Shown here one piece after another: positions 47,538-57,606 of a stretch of 64,000 bases of DNA. The DNA is from Candidatus Komeilibacteria bacterium (lineage in GTDB: Bacteria > Patescibacteriota > Patescibacteriia > UBA1558). The position numbers and the translations under genes were made by a program. How positions within the stretch are numbered: the stretch's first letter is position 1; each line of letters opens with the position of its first letter. The stretch spans positions 2,111-66,110 of the forward strand of contig JBLYPW010000002.1 in assembly GCA_048538275.1 (NCBI GenBank), given 5' to 3'. A model generated the notes under the pieces. It was not told where the DNA came from and made no database searches. It saw only the letters and a program-made list of their open reading frames with translations.

Positions 47538-50393
47538 ATGAAGAGTTTTGCCGAGCAAGAAGTCAAAATATTGGCTCATTGGGAAAAAGACAATACCTTT
47601 CAAAAAAGTTTAGACAAACCGTCCCCGCGGGGCGATTTTGTTTTTTATGATGGACCGCCTTTTGCTACCGGTGAGCCGCATTATGGTCACATTGTAGCCA
47701 GCGTGATGAAGGATGTTGTGCCGCGTTATCAGACAATGCGCGGTTATCATGTGGAGCGAAAGTGGGGTTGGGATTGTCATGGCCTGCCGGTAGAAAATTT
47801 GGTGGAACAAGAATTGGATCTGAAAGAAAAGAGTGATATTGAAGCGATGGGTGTGGCTCAGTTTAACGACGCTTGTCGCGTTTCGGTTTTGCGCTATGCT
47901 GATAGCTGGCGCCAAGTTATACCGCGCATTGGCCGCTGGGTGGATATGGAACATGATTATAAGACCATGGATAGTGACTATATGGAATCAATTTGGTGGG
48001 TATTTAAGAATCTTTATGATCAGAGCTTGATTTATGAAGGCTATAAGTCTATGCATATTTGTCCGCGCTGTCAGACGACTTTGTCCAACTTTGAGGTGAC
48101 GCAGAATTATAAGGATATTAAGGACCTTTCTGTGACGGCTAAGTTTGCATTGCAGGACGAGCCCGGTACTTATTTATTGGCTTGGACTACCACGCCTTGG
48201 ACTTTGCCCGGCAATGTAGCTTTGGCAGTGAATCCTAAAATAAAATATGTCAAAGTTAAGATAGGTGAGGATAATTATATTGTGGCAAAAGATAGTCTAG
48301 ACAGGGTTATGATGGACAAGGACTATAAGGTAGTTAGTGATGTTGATATTAACTCATTATTAGAAAAAAAATATCAACCGTTATTTGATTATTATGTTCA
48401 ATCTGATTTGGACAATAAAGATAATATTTATACCATTCAATTAGCAGATTTTGTTACAGCAGAAGATGGTACTGGGATTGTTCATATTGCACCGGCTTTT
48501 GGTGAAGATGATTTGCAGTTGGGTCAGGCCAAAGATTTGCCTTTTATCCAACACGTTGATGAATCTGGTAAGTTTAAAGACGAGGTAAGAGAGTGGGCCG
48601 GTCAGTCGGTCAAACCTAAAGACAATCCGCAACAAGCCGACATTGAAATTATCAAATATTTAGCGGCTCAGGATTTATTATTCTCCAAATTAAAATATGA
48701 GCACAGTTATCCGCATTGTTGGCGTTGCGATACGCCATTATTAAACTACGCAACCTCATCTTGGTTTGTGAAAGTGACGGCGATCAAAGACAAAATGTTG
48801 AAGAATAATGAGGAAATTAATTGGCAGCCAGAACATATTAAAAACGGACGCTTTGGCAAGTGGCTGGAGGGAGCGCGTGATTGGGCAATTTCTCGCCAGC
48901 GCTATTGGGGTGCCGGTTTACCAATTTGGAAACACAATGTTACCGGCGAGATTAAATGTATTGCCAGTGTAGCTGAGTTGGAAAAATTGACCGGTCAGCC
49001 GATCAAAGACCTGCACCGCCCTTATATTGATGATATTGCTTGGTCAGATGAGCAGGGTAAGTGGCAACGCATTCCTGATGTGCTGGATTGTTGGTTTGAA
49101 TCAGGCTCCATGCCTTATGCCCAGAATCATTACACCGGTGAAGCGCAACCGAAATTTGATCCGACTCAGGGTAAAAATTTTCCGGCTCAGTTTATTGCTG
49201 AGGGGCAAGATCAGACCCGGGGTTGGTTTTATACTTTGATTGTATTGTCCACCGCATTATTTGACCAGCCGGCTTTTACTAATGTGATCGTCAATGGCAT
49301 AGTATTGGCGGAGGATGGTGCGAAAATGTCAAAGCGCCTACGCAATTATCCTGATCCGATGACAGTGATTGATAAATACGGCGCTGATGCTTTGCGGTAT
49401 TATTTATTAACTTCACCAGTGATCAAAGCCATGGATTTGCGTTTTTCGGAGAAAGATGTTGCCGAAGTTTATCGTAATGTTATTATGACTACTGTGAATA
49501 TCGTATCTTTTTATAAAATGTATGCCAATAGTGCCAGCGATGATAAAGAGTCCAGTGTATTGGATGATTGGCTAACGGCGCGTTGGCAGCAAATTGCACG
49601 CACAGTGACCAAGCATATGGAGACTTATCGTTTGGTAGAAGCCGCGCGTCCATTGGCTGAGTTTATCAATGATTTTTCTACTTGGTATATTCGTCGTAGC
49701 CGTGATCGCTTTAAGGCTGGTTCTAGCGCGGCTATTCAGACAACCCGGACCGTTTTATTGGACTTGGCTAAAATAAGCGCTCCTTTTATGCCGTTTTTGG
49801 CAGAGTGGATTTATCAAGAGCTGGGCAGTACAGCATCGGTTCATTTGGAAGATTGGCCGTCGGCAGGCAAATTGTCTGATGATCAGGAAAAAGTTTTGGC
49901 CAAAATGTCAGCCGTGCGCAGCTTGGTGGAGCGAGGTCATGCTTTGCGCGATGAAGCTGGTATTAAGGTGCGTCAGCCCCTGTCCAGTTTTACTGTGTAT
50001 AATGATGTTTTGCAAAACAATGATGCTGAGTATTTAGAAATTTTGGCGGCGGAATTAAATGTTAGGAAAATTGTATTAGCTGACACCTTATTAGACGATG
50101 CTATTTTGGATACTAAAATAACTCCCGCATTGCAGCGGGCTGGTGATTTGCGGGAGCTGATTCGTCATGTTAATAATTTACGTAAGCAAGCTGGTTTAAC
50201 GATTGCAGATCGGATTATTTTATATTGGCAAAGTAGGGATAAAGATTTGCAAGAACTATTTAGCACAGCCGATACCGAAATTAAGCAGCAAGTATTAGCG
50301 GATAATATTGTGAATGATAATAAACCTGGTTTGATTACAGATGAGGTAAAAATCAATGGCAAAGATTTGCGATTGAGTTTAACAAAAGAATAA
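47538..50393 (+). CDS. ileS: Isoleucine--tRNA ligase, type 2 (eukaryote/archaeal-like).
   Basis: FYDGPPFATGEPHYGHIVASVMKDVVPRYQTMRGYHVERKWGWDCHGLPVE contains the HIGH-class HYGH motif. KMSKRLRNYPDP is the KMSKS motif. WAISRQRYWG is conserved. 951 aa. Confidence 0.85.
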   Translation: MKSFAEQEVKILAHWEKDNTFQKSLDKPSPRGDFVFYDGPPFATGEPHYGHIVASVMKDVVPRYQTMRGYHVERKWGWDCHGLPVENLVEQELDLKEKSDIEAMGVAQFNDACRVSVLRYADSWRQVIPRIGRWVDMEHDYKTMDSDYMESIWWVFKNLYDQSLIYEGYKSMHICPRCQTTLSNFEVTQNYKDIKDLSVTAKFALQDEPGTYLLAWTTTPWTLPGNVALAVNPKIKYVKVKIGEDNYIVAKDSLDRVMMDKDYKVVSDVDINSLLEKKYQPLFDYYVQSDLDNKDNIYTIQLADFVTAEDGTGIVHIAPAFGEDDLQLGQAKDLPFIQHVDESGKFKDEVREWAGQSVKPKDNPQQADIEIIKYLAAQDLLFSKLKYEHSYPHCWRCDTPLLNYATSSWFVKVTAIKDKMLKNNEEINWQPEHIKNGRFGKWLEGARDWAISRQRYWGAGLPIWKHNVTGEIKCIASVAELEKLTGQPIKDLHRPYIDDIAWSDEQGKWQRIPDVLDCWFESGSMPYAQNHYTGEAQPKFDPTQGKNFPAQFIAEGQDQTRGWFYTLIVLSTALFDQPAFTNVIVNGIVLAEDGAKMSKRLRNYPDPMTVIDKYGADALRYYLLTSPVIKAMDLRFSEKDVAEVYRNVIMTTVNIVSFYKMYANSASDDKESSVLDDWLTARWQQIARTVTKHMETYRLVEAARPLAEFINDFSTWYIRRSRDRFKAGSSAAIQTTRTVLLDLAKISAPFMPFLAEWIYQELGSTASVHLEDWPSAGKLSDDQEKVLAKMSAVRSLVERGHALRDEAGIKVRQPLSSFTVYNDVLQNNDAEYLEILAAELNVRKIVLADTLLDDAILDTKITPALQRAGDLRELIRHVNNLRKQAGLTIADRIILYWQSRDKDLQELFSTADTEIKQQVLADNIVNDNKPGLITDEVKINGKDLRLSLTKE

Positions 50394-50503
50394 TCTTAAG
50401 TTTATCAGTTTGGCAGGTTTTAAGTTGTGTGTATTATTATCAAAATCAAAAAATAATAATGTCCAATTTATAAACTTAACACTTACCAATTCATTCACTA
50501 TTC

Positions 50504-51190
50504 ATGGGTTATCTCAAAGAAAACGCCATTGTATTACGCCAAACCACCGTGAGAAGAGGAGACCGGTGGTATACTTTATTATGTTCCGTAGCCGGCAAGC
50601 TGGATGTATTGGTGCGTAGTGCAGCCAGCAGTAAAAGTAAGCTGGCGGGGCATTTGTCAGTAGGCAGTAAGGTGGCGGTAATGTTAGCGCCGGGTAAGAG
50701 TATTATTCATTTAGCTGGTGTGAAACGTTTGCATAATTATCACCGGCCAGATCAAGAATTAGCCAGTTTATTACTGCGTTGGTCGTTGTTACACAGGACG
50801 GATCGTTTGTTATTTGGCAATGAAAATATTAATGACATATACCCGGTTTTAGATGATGTGTTATCTGTTTTATCAGATATGTCAGTTAGTAAACAATGGC
50901 AATTGGCTGATATTTATTTAGCGCATTTATTGGGCGCGGTGGGATTGGCGCCGGATTTTAAAACAGCCGGTCATTATTTTAGCTTAGGGCAAGCTCGTTC
51001 TAGCAGGCAGGTAGACGATTGGCCACAATTATTATCGTCAGAAACAATGACAGCCGCCGCTTATTGGTTTAGCCCGGCACACAATTGGCCAGACAAAATA
51101 GTATATTGGCAAAAAATTAGTAAGCCAAAAGGTTTATTTGCGCAATTTCACAGTTTGGTAGATAATTATTATAGATATCAAACCAGTTAA
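50504..51190 (+). CDS. recO: Possible DNA repair protein RecO, with an N-terminal OB-fold-like region.
   Basis: ENAIVLRQTTVRRGDRWYTLLCSVAGKLDVLVRSAASSKSKLAGHLSVGSKVAV resembles the RecO N-terminal pattern (ivLr..d.gE.d.i..llT.e.G.l.lvarGar.sks.l.g.l.pf). There is no Cys4 zinc finger, so this is tentative. Confidence 0.4.
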   Translation: MGYLKENAIVLRQTTVRRGDRWYTLLCSVAGKLDVLVRSAASSKSKLAGHLSVGSKVAVMLAPGKSIIHLAGVKRLHNYHRPDQELASLLLRWSLLHRTDRLLFGNENINDIYPVLDDVLSVLSDMSVSKQWQLADIYLAHLLGAVGLAPDFKTAGHYFSLGQARSSRQVDDWPQLLSSETMTAAAYWFSPAHNWPDKIVYWQKISKPKGLFAQFHSLVDNYYRYQTS

Positions 51191-51193
51191 TTT

Positions 51194-53005
51194 ATGTCCG
51201 ACACTAATAAAGAAAAAGAATTAGACATGATACGTCAGGCTTTTGGTAATAGCGATTATCGTATGACCAAGCCGGTGGCTAATAAACCGATTTTAGATAA
51301 GCGGCGTCGTTTATTACCATGGTTGGCGGCAGCTTTGGTAGTCAGCTTGGCTTTGACTATTTATTTTGGCATCAATACTATTCAAGGGACTGATCAGTCA
51401 ATTTTACTCAATATTGATTCTAGCTCAGAAGTGGTTGCCGGCAAACAAGTAAGTTATACTATTCATTATCAAAATGAAGATAAGGTGCCCATGACTCAGT
51501 TGTCTTTGAGTATTATTTATCCGGACGGCTTTACTTTCCAATCCGCTTCAACGGTACCAGCTAATGATGGTAAAAATTATTGGGAATTGCCGGATTTGCC
51601 GGCTCGTACAGCTAGTGCTATACAGGTGAACGGTTATTTAATAGGAGAGCAGGGTGAAAATAAAAATATTAAGGTGGAACTAGCTTATGAACCGGCTAAT
51701 TTTTCTTCCACTTTTGTGGCAGCGGCAGAATTTTCTCAAACTATTACTGATTTGGCTGTAGATATGTGGGCAGATGCGCCCAGCGAAGCCTTGCCGGGAG
51801 AATCTATTGGTTTGAAAATACATATTTTGAATCATCAGACTGACAATTGGCAACCATTGGCCGTAGAACTCACTTTGCCGGATCAAATTATGCTTTTGGA
51901 TGCTGACCCGGCCATTGAGTCAGATAATTTAATTCCTACTTGGCATATAGATAGTTTAGACCCCGAGCAAGAGAAAATTATTATGTTGCGGGCTGAAATA
52001 ATAGATGGGATCACTTTGGATAGATTGATTTGGCATTTACAGCTTTGGTCCGGTCTTGATAAGGATAAAAGAATATTATTGGATGATGATAGCGCCCAGA
52101 TTGATATTGCTAAACCTCAGGTGGTCGCTAGCTTAGCTTTGGCTGATGATAAAAATTTGATAAATTGGGGGGATATTATAAATTATCAATTAAAAATAAC
52201 TAATACGGGAGAATATACATTACATGATGCTACGCTTAGTTTATTATTGGATAGTGATTTTATAAATTGGCAAAACTGGCAAGCCAGCACTGGTATGCGT
52301 CGGGAAGATAATAAGGTGATTTGGACGACAGACCATCCCAAAGTTGGAGATAAGTTAAAGAATTTTGCGCCTGGCGATGAAATCAATATAAAGATTGGTG
52401 CCAAGTTACAAAATAAACCGATTGACGCGAATACTTTAACCTCAGCTGATTTATTAGTGCGCAGTGTGGCAAAATTGTCGGTACCGATTGGTCAGGGTGA
52501 ATATGTATCGGCCAGTGATACCATAACCGTGCAAATCGGGCAATTGCTTAGTTTGACCATGCGGCCATATTATTATGATGGTAGTGGTCAGGCGGTGGGT
52601 AGTGGGGCCATGCCACCGCAAGTAGGTTTGCCTACTGTTTATATCATTGATTGGCAATTAGCAGTCGGTCCTCAAGATTTGCAGTCTATTAGCTTATCCT
52701 CTTCCTTGCCCCCAGGAGTTGATTGGGTGGGTAGCAGCGGTGACGCGTCGGTAGAAATTAATAATTTGACGAAAGAAATTTCTTTATCTTTTGATAATTT
52801 ATCAGCCAGTAGTGTTTTAGCGGGAAGCTGGCAAGTACAGCTAAAACCCGAGGCCGATGATGTGGGGCAGTGGCCAATATTATTAAATCCTTGGCATATG
52901 CAAGCTAATGCTGGCGAGGTAGTTTGGCAAGGACAGACAGATGCTATCAATAGTCGTTTATTGACAGATAGCAAGGCCGCCAATAATGATAAAGTTATAA
53001 AGTAA
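51194..53005 (+). CDS. Hypothetical membrane-anchored extracytoplasmic protein (603 aa).
   Basis: Single N-terminal TM helix LLPWLAAALVVSLALTIYFGI, then a hydrophilic beta-rich sequence. No motif recognised. Confidence 0.6.
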   Translation: MSDTNKEKELDMIRQAFGNSDYRMTKPVANKPILDKRRRLLPWLAAALVVSLALTIYFGINTIQGTDQSILLNIDSSSEVVAGKQVSYTIHYQNEDKVPMTQLSLSIIYPDGFTFQSASTVPANDGKNYWELPDLPARTASAIQVNGYLIGEQGENKNIKVELAYEPANFSSTFVAAAEFSQTITDLAVDMWADAPSEALPGESIGLKIHILNHQTDNWQPLAVELTLPDQIMLLDADPAIESDNLIPTWHIDSLDPEQEKIIMLRAEIIDGITLDRLIWHLQLWSGLDKDKRILLDDDSAQIDIAKPQVVASLALADDKNLINWGDIINYQLKITNTGEYTLHDATLSLLLDSDFINWQNWQASTGMRREDNKVIWTTDHPKVGDKLKNFAPGDEINIKIGAKLQNKPIDANTLTSADLLVRSVAKLSVPIGQGEYVSASDTITVQIGQLLSLTMRPYYYDGSGQAVGSGAMPPQVGLPTVYIIDWQLAVGPQDLQSISLSSSLPPGVDWVGSSGDASVEINNLTKEISLSFDNLSASSVLAGSWQVQLKPEADDVGQWPILLNPWHMQANAGEVVWQGQTDAINSRLLTDSKAANNDKVIK

Positions 53006-53012
53006 TAATTTT

Positions 53013-54212
53013 ATGATTGGTGACTGGCGAGTATTAAAAAAATCAACCATTTCATCCGCGCGCAGAGGGCGTTTGGTCACGGGGCATGGTATTATCCAAA
53101 CCCCATTTTTTATGCCTATTGCCACCAAGGGCACGGTTAAAAGTTTAAGTGGTGATGATATGTCAGCTTTAGGTGCGCAGATTGTTTTGGCTAATACTTA
53201 TCATCTATATTTGCGTCCGGGATTAGAAGTATTGCGTCGGGTCGGCGGTTTGCACAATTTTATGAATTGGTCTGGGCCGATATTGACTGATTCAGGCGGT
53301 TTTCAGGTTTTTTCCTTGGCTGCCAGCGTGCAGCGAGTAGGCGTAAATAAAACCGGCCAAGCAGTTAAGGTAGATAGAAAAATCAGTCAACGCGGAGTAG
53401 AATTTCGTTCTTTCTGGGATGGATCAAAGCACTTATTTACCCCAGCCAAAGTTTTACATATTCAAAAAATAATTGGCTCGGATATAGCGATGGTGCTTGA
53501 CGAATGCGTGGGCAATCCCGCCACGCGCGAGCAAGCAGAGCAAGCTCTGCGCCGCACCACGCAGTGGGCGGGCCAGTCCCTGGCCGCTCGCGCTAAGTAT
53601 TTGGACTCTGCCCAATTATTATTTGCCATTGTGCAGGGATCAACTTATCAAGATTTACGTTTAACTTCCGCGCAAGAGTTGATTGCTTTGCAAGGGAGCG
53701 GTAAAAAAGTTTGGGATGGCTTTGCTATTGGCGGATTAGCAGTGGGTGAGAGTAATAAACAAATGTATCAAGTGCTTGATTATACGGTGCCGGCCTTACC
53801 AAGTGATAAACCGCGGTATTTGATGGGAGTTGGTTATCCTGATAATATCATTGAGGCTGTCAGACGAGGAGTTGATATGTTTGATTGTGTTATTCCAACT
53901 CGCGAGGCACGGCACGGACGATTGTATAAGTGGCTTTATTCAGATATAGCCAGTACTATCAAGGCTATTGTTGGAGGAAAACAATTTTATACCACTATCA
54001 ATATAAACAATGCTAGCTTTGCTCAGTCTTCAGTGATTTTACGACCAAACTTTTCTGCCAGTTGGTTGGATAATTATTCTTTAGCCTATTGGCATCATTT
54101 GTTTAAAGTAGGTGAGCCGCTAGCGCTACGTCTGGCTACTTGGAATAATGTTGCCTTTTACTTACAGTTAATGGCGCTATTGCGGCGAGCCATAAAGGAG
54201 GATCGTTTATGA
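53013..54212 (+). CDS. tgt: Queuine tRNA-ribosyltransferase.
   Basis: ARRGRLVTGHGIIQTPFFMPIATKGTVKSL...IVLANTYHLYLRPG...GGLHNFMNWSGPILTDSGGFQVFSL...MVLDEC...GFAIGGLAVGE...VIPTREARHG is the classic Tgt signature. Confidence 0.85.
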   Translation: MIGDWRVLKKSTISSARRGRLVTGHGIIQTPFFMPIATKGTVKSLSGDDMSALGAQIVLANTYHLYLRPGLEVLRRVGGLHNFMNWSGPILTDSGGFQVFSLAASVQRVGVNKTGQAVKVDRKISQRGVEFRSFWDGSKHLFTPAKVLHIQKIIGSDIAMVLDECVGNPATREQAEQALRRTTQWAGQSLAARAKYLDSAQLLFAIVQGSTYQDLRLTSAQELIALQGSGKKVWDGFAIGGLAVGESNKQMYQVLDYTVPALPSDKPRYLMGVGYPDNIIEAVRRGVDMFDCVIPTREARHGRLYKWLYSDIASTIKAIVGGKQFYTTININNASFAQSSVILRPNFSASWLDNYSLAYWHHLFKVGEPLALRLATWNNVAFYLQLMALLRRAIKEDRL

Positions 54213-54487
54213 ATATAATTATTTTTGCAGTTGCTTTACTTTTACTTTGGGTTGGTTTTTTATTGCGCGGCCGGCAAGTGGTTTGGCAGGTAGCGGAATT
54301 AAACCCCCGTCAACAAGCTTGGTGGCGTGGCCAACTAGCTTTGGCTAATTATTGTTTATGGGCAGCAGCGTTTTCCTTTGTCTGCGGTATTATTTGGTGG
54401 TGGTGGCCGGTTGTCGTATGGCTTTGGTTGGGCGTATTGCTGATTGGATTGTGGTATATTACTTATATTAGTTATTCCAAAAAATAA
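54209..54487 (+). CDS. Small integral membrane protein (92 aa).
   Basis: Two or three hydrophobic W-rich helices. Its start overlaps the tgt stop (ATGA). Confidence 0.5.
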   Translation: MNIIIFAVALLLLWVGFLLRGRQVVWQVAELNPRQQAWWRGQLALANYCLWAAAFSFVCGIIWWWWPVVVWLWLGVLLIGLWYITYISYSKK

Positions 54488-54509
54488 GTAAAAATGGTAT
54501 AATTTTTAC

Positions 54510-54872
54510 ATGATAACAAAAGCCGAAGCAATTTACGCTACCCGTTATTTATTGTGGGATTTTGTACGCGATATAATATATTTTCCTATTTGGTGGTATA
54601 GTGCGGGCCTGATTTTGGCTGGACGTTGGTTTAGCCGCGGCTTGCGTGCTGGTACGCAACGTTTAGCGCTGGTAATTTTGTTCCGTTATTGGTTTAAGCC
54701 GATGTATGGCCAAACTGATTGGCAGGGCAAGATTATCAGTTTTTTTATGCGCACCGTTACTTTGCTTTGGAAATTTTTCTTGTGGATGATTTGGCTAGCT
54801 ATTATGTTGGCATTATTGGCGGCCTATATTATTATTTTGCCAGCCATTCTTTATGAATTGTTTTTTGTTTAA
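54510..54872 (+). CDS. Small integral membrane protein (120 aa).
   Basis: Hydrophobic helices. A candidate extended -10 TGGTATAAT lies at 54495-54503, just upstream. Confidence 0.5.
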   Translation: MITKAEAIYATRYLLWDFVRDIIYFPIWWYSAGLILAGRWFSRGLRAGTQRLALVILFRYWFKPMYGQTDWQGKIISFFMRTVTLLWKFFLWMIWLAIMLALLAAYIIILPAILYELFFV

Positions 54873-54875
54873 ATT

Positions 54876-57497
54876 ATGAATAAACAGCCAGCACAAACTA
54901 TAAATTTGGAAGGTTATGATATTTATTGGGGCAAAAGCTATTCTACTCTATCTGTTTTGGTAGATCGTATTCATCATGGTATCCGGCTGGTATGGCTAGG
55001 AATATTATGGTTATTGGTAGCGGCCGGTTGGGTGGTCTTTATTTGGCATATATATAAACTGATTGACGCGCATTATGACTTTTTCTTAGTCAGTAGCTGG
55101 CAGGGCGATCATTTGCATTGGTGGTGGTTTGGTATTTTAGTGATGTTATATATTTTTTATTATCATCAAAAAGATAAAGGTGGTCGTTATACGGTTCTTC
55201 AGCCGGGAGATATTGATAAACATAAAAAGCGAGAGTCTTTGGATATTAGTTTTGCTTTTAGTCGGGCTAGTCATAAGGCAATGGAGCGGGCTTATGAAAT
55301 CGCTCACCAAGATAGTGGCAGCGCTATTCAATCTTTACATATTTTTGCCTCTTTATTACATGATGAGCGGGTTGGTTTGATTTTGCATCGTCTTGGTGTT
55401 GCTAGTGTAGATATACAGCAAACCACAGATCGTCTCATAAAAAATGACGGACTGATTTCGCCGACCAGTAGTTTGAATTTGGATGACAATGCTAGCCATG
55501 TAGTTTTATCCGCTTATTTAACCGCTTATCAACGTGGTGATAGCCAAGTAGAGATTCCTGATTTATTGTCAGCGGTGGTAGAAAGGGATGTTAAAGTCAA
55601 GGAGATTCTATTTGCTTATAAATTAACTGAAGATCAAATTAATAATGTCATAGCTTGGCTGCGTATTCAGCAGGCTTTGGCGGATCGTTATCGTCGCTAT
55701 CAGTATAAAGCCGGGTTTCGCCCCAAAGGAACAATGGACAAGGCTATGACCGCGGTAGCCACCCCCACCCTAGATCAATATAGTGATGATTTTACTGCTT
55801 TGGCTAAGGCTGGTTATTTTGGCCTGTGCGTGGCACGCGAAAAAGAATTTAATGAGCTATATAATATTTTAGAAGGTGGTGGAGCGCCATTATTGGTCGG
55901 TAATCCTGGCGTGGGGGTGGATAGTATAATTGAAGGTTTGGCTAATCGGATGGCGGCAGATGAAGTGCCGGCAGTTTTACAAGACAAACGCTTAGTGTCT
56001 TTGCATATATCAAAATTAGTAGCCGGCGCCACTACGGCCGGTGAATTGGAAGAGCGGGTAATGCGCCTGGTGTTTGAAATTAGTCGGGCTGGCAATATTG
56101 CATTATATATCAATAATTTACATAATTTGGTGGGCATTGGTGCGGCTGGTGCCAGTAATGTTGATTTGGCTGATGTACTGACGGAAAGTTTGATGAAACG
56201 CGGTATGTTGGTGCTAGGATCTACGACACCAAATGATTTCCGTAAATATATAGAGCATAGTGCTTTTAATAATTATTTTGATAAATTAGAAATAAATGAA
56301 CCTGATATAAATCAAGCCATTCAAATGCTAGAGGCCAATATTGGCAGTATAGAACATAAACAGGAAGTATTTTTTTCTTATGAAGCTTTAGATCGGGCGG
56401 TGGTATTGTCACAGCGTTATATTCCGGATCATTTTTTGCCCAGCAAAGCGATAAATATAGTAGAAGAAGTAGCCGCTCGTGTACGCAGTCAGCGAGGTAA
56501 GGATCAGTTGGTTAGCGGTCAGGATGTAGCCGAGCTTATTTCTAGTAAGACAGACATACCGCTGACTGCAGTGACCAGTGATGAATCGGCCAAATTATTA
56601 AATCTAGAGGAATTAATTCATCAAAGTATCGTCAATCAAAGTGAAGCCGTGAAGGTAGTATCTGCTGCCTTGCGGCGAGCGCGGGCTGAACTGCGCGATA
56701 CTAAGCGACCGATTGCCAGTTTCCTTTTTTTGGGTCCGACGGGCGTTGGTAAATCAGAGTTAGCCAAGACATTGGCAGCGGTTTATTTTGGCGGTAGCGA
56801 ACGTATGATCCGTTTGGATATGTCAGAGTATCAAGAAAAAAATAGTTTACAGCGCATGTTAGGTACTCCCGGAAGCAATGAGGGCGGTATTTTAACCGAA
56901 GCAGTGCGTGAATCTCCTTATTCTATTTTATTATTAGATGAAATAGAAAAAGCCCATCCTGATATTTTAAATATTTTTTTACAGGTAATGGAGGATGGAA
57001 GATTGACGGATGTGACTGGCCGGACGGTTGATTTTACCAATCTAATTATTATTGCTACTTCCAATGCGGGCACCAATTATATTCAAGATCAGACTAAGGC
57101 CGGTGCTACGGCAGAACAAATAAAAAATGCCTTATTAGAATCAGAATTACGTCCTTATTTTCGTCCTGAGTTTTTGAATCGTTTTGATAATATTGTTGTG
57201 TTCAAGCCATTAACCCAGGATCACATTGAACAGATCGCTGTTTTATTATTAAACGGTCAAAAAAAGCGCTTGGCTACCAAGGGAATATTTTTGGAAGCTA
57301 CACCGGCGGCAATTAAAGAGTTGGCGATTGCTGGCTATGATCCAAAATTTGGCGCTCGTCCTTTGCGTCGCGTTATTCAAGAGCAGGTGGAGAACGCCTT
57401 GGCCAACTTTTTATTAAAAGGCAAAATAGATCGTCGCGATAAGGTGATATTAGAAGCTGGTGGACAGATTCGCGTGGAAAAAGCCCAAAAATTGTAA
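54876..57497 (+). CDS. Clp/Hsp100-family AAA+ ATPase (ClpA/B/C-like, 873 aa). It has N-terminal hydrophobic segments and a degenerate first Walker A.
   Basis: The first ~130 aa contain two hydrophobic helices (LVWLGILWLLVAAGWVVFIW, WWWFGILVMLYIFYY). Clp-N-like AIQSLHIFASLLHDERVGLILHRLGV. D1 Walker A reads GNPGVGVDSIIEGLANR instead of GxPGVGKTAIVEGLA, so the lysine is missing. D2 is intact: GPTGVGKSELAKTLA, LLDEIEKAHPDILNIFLQVMEDGRLTD, IIIATSNAG. Confidence 0.75.
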   Translation: MNKQPAQTINLEGYDIYWGKSYSTLSVLVDRIHHGIRLVWLGILWLLVAAGWVVFIWHIYKLIDAHYDFFLVSSWQGDHLHWWWFGILVMLYIFYYHQKDKGGRYTVLQPGDIDKHKKRESLDISFAFSRASHKAMERAYEIAHQDSGSAIQSLHIFASLLHDERVGLILHRLGVASVDIQQTTDRLIKNDGLISPTSSLNLDDNASHVVLSAYLTAYQRGDSQVEIPDLLSAVVERDVKVKEILFAYKLTEDQINNVIAWLRIQQALADRYRRYQYKAGFRPKGTMDKAMTAVATPTLDQYSDDFTALAKAGYFGLCVAREKEFNELYNILEGGGAPLLVGNPGVGVDSIIEGLANRMAADEVPAVLQDKRLVSLHISKLVAGATTAGELEERVMRLVFEISRAGNIALYINNLHNLVGIGAAGASNVDLADVLTESLMKRGMLVLGSTTPNDFRKYIEHSAFNNYFDKLEINEPDINQAIQMLEANIGSIEHKQEVFFSYEALDRAVVLSQRYIPDHFLPSKAINIVEEVAARVRSQRGKDQLVSGQDVAELISSKTDIPLTAVTSDESAKLLNLEELIHQSIVNQSEAVKVVSAALRRARAELRDTKRPIASFLFLGPTGVGKSELAKTLAAVYFGGSERMIRLDMSEYQEKNSLQRMLGTPGSNEGGILTEAVRESPYSILLLDEIEKAHPDILNIFLQVMEDGRLTDVTGRTVDFTNLIIIATSNAGTNYIQDQTKAGATAEQIKNALLESELRPYFRPEFLNRFDNIVVFKPLTQDHIEQIAVLLLNGQKKRLATKGIFLEATPAAIKELAIAGYDPKFGARPLRRVIQEQVENALANFLLKGKIDRRDKVILEAGGQIRVEKAQKL

Positions 57498-57501
57498 TTC
57501 A

Positions 57502-57537
57502 ATTCAACCTTCAAGGTTTAGACCTTGAAGGTTGAAT
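57502..57537. repeat. Palindrome family 4 (caaccttcaaggtttagaccttgaaggttg), 5' flank of RAYT-C.
   Basis: Near-perfect inverted repeat. A second copy lies at 58011-58048. Confidence 0.85.
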
Positions 57538-57606
57538 TTGACCAATACGCAGCGGTGTGTTAAGTTCCAAATAACAGGGTTGATTTAATTATTGACCCGT
57601 TTTTTT

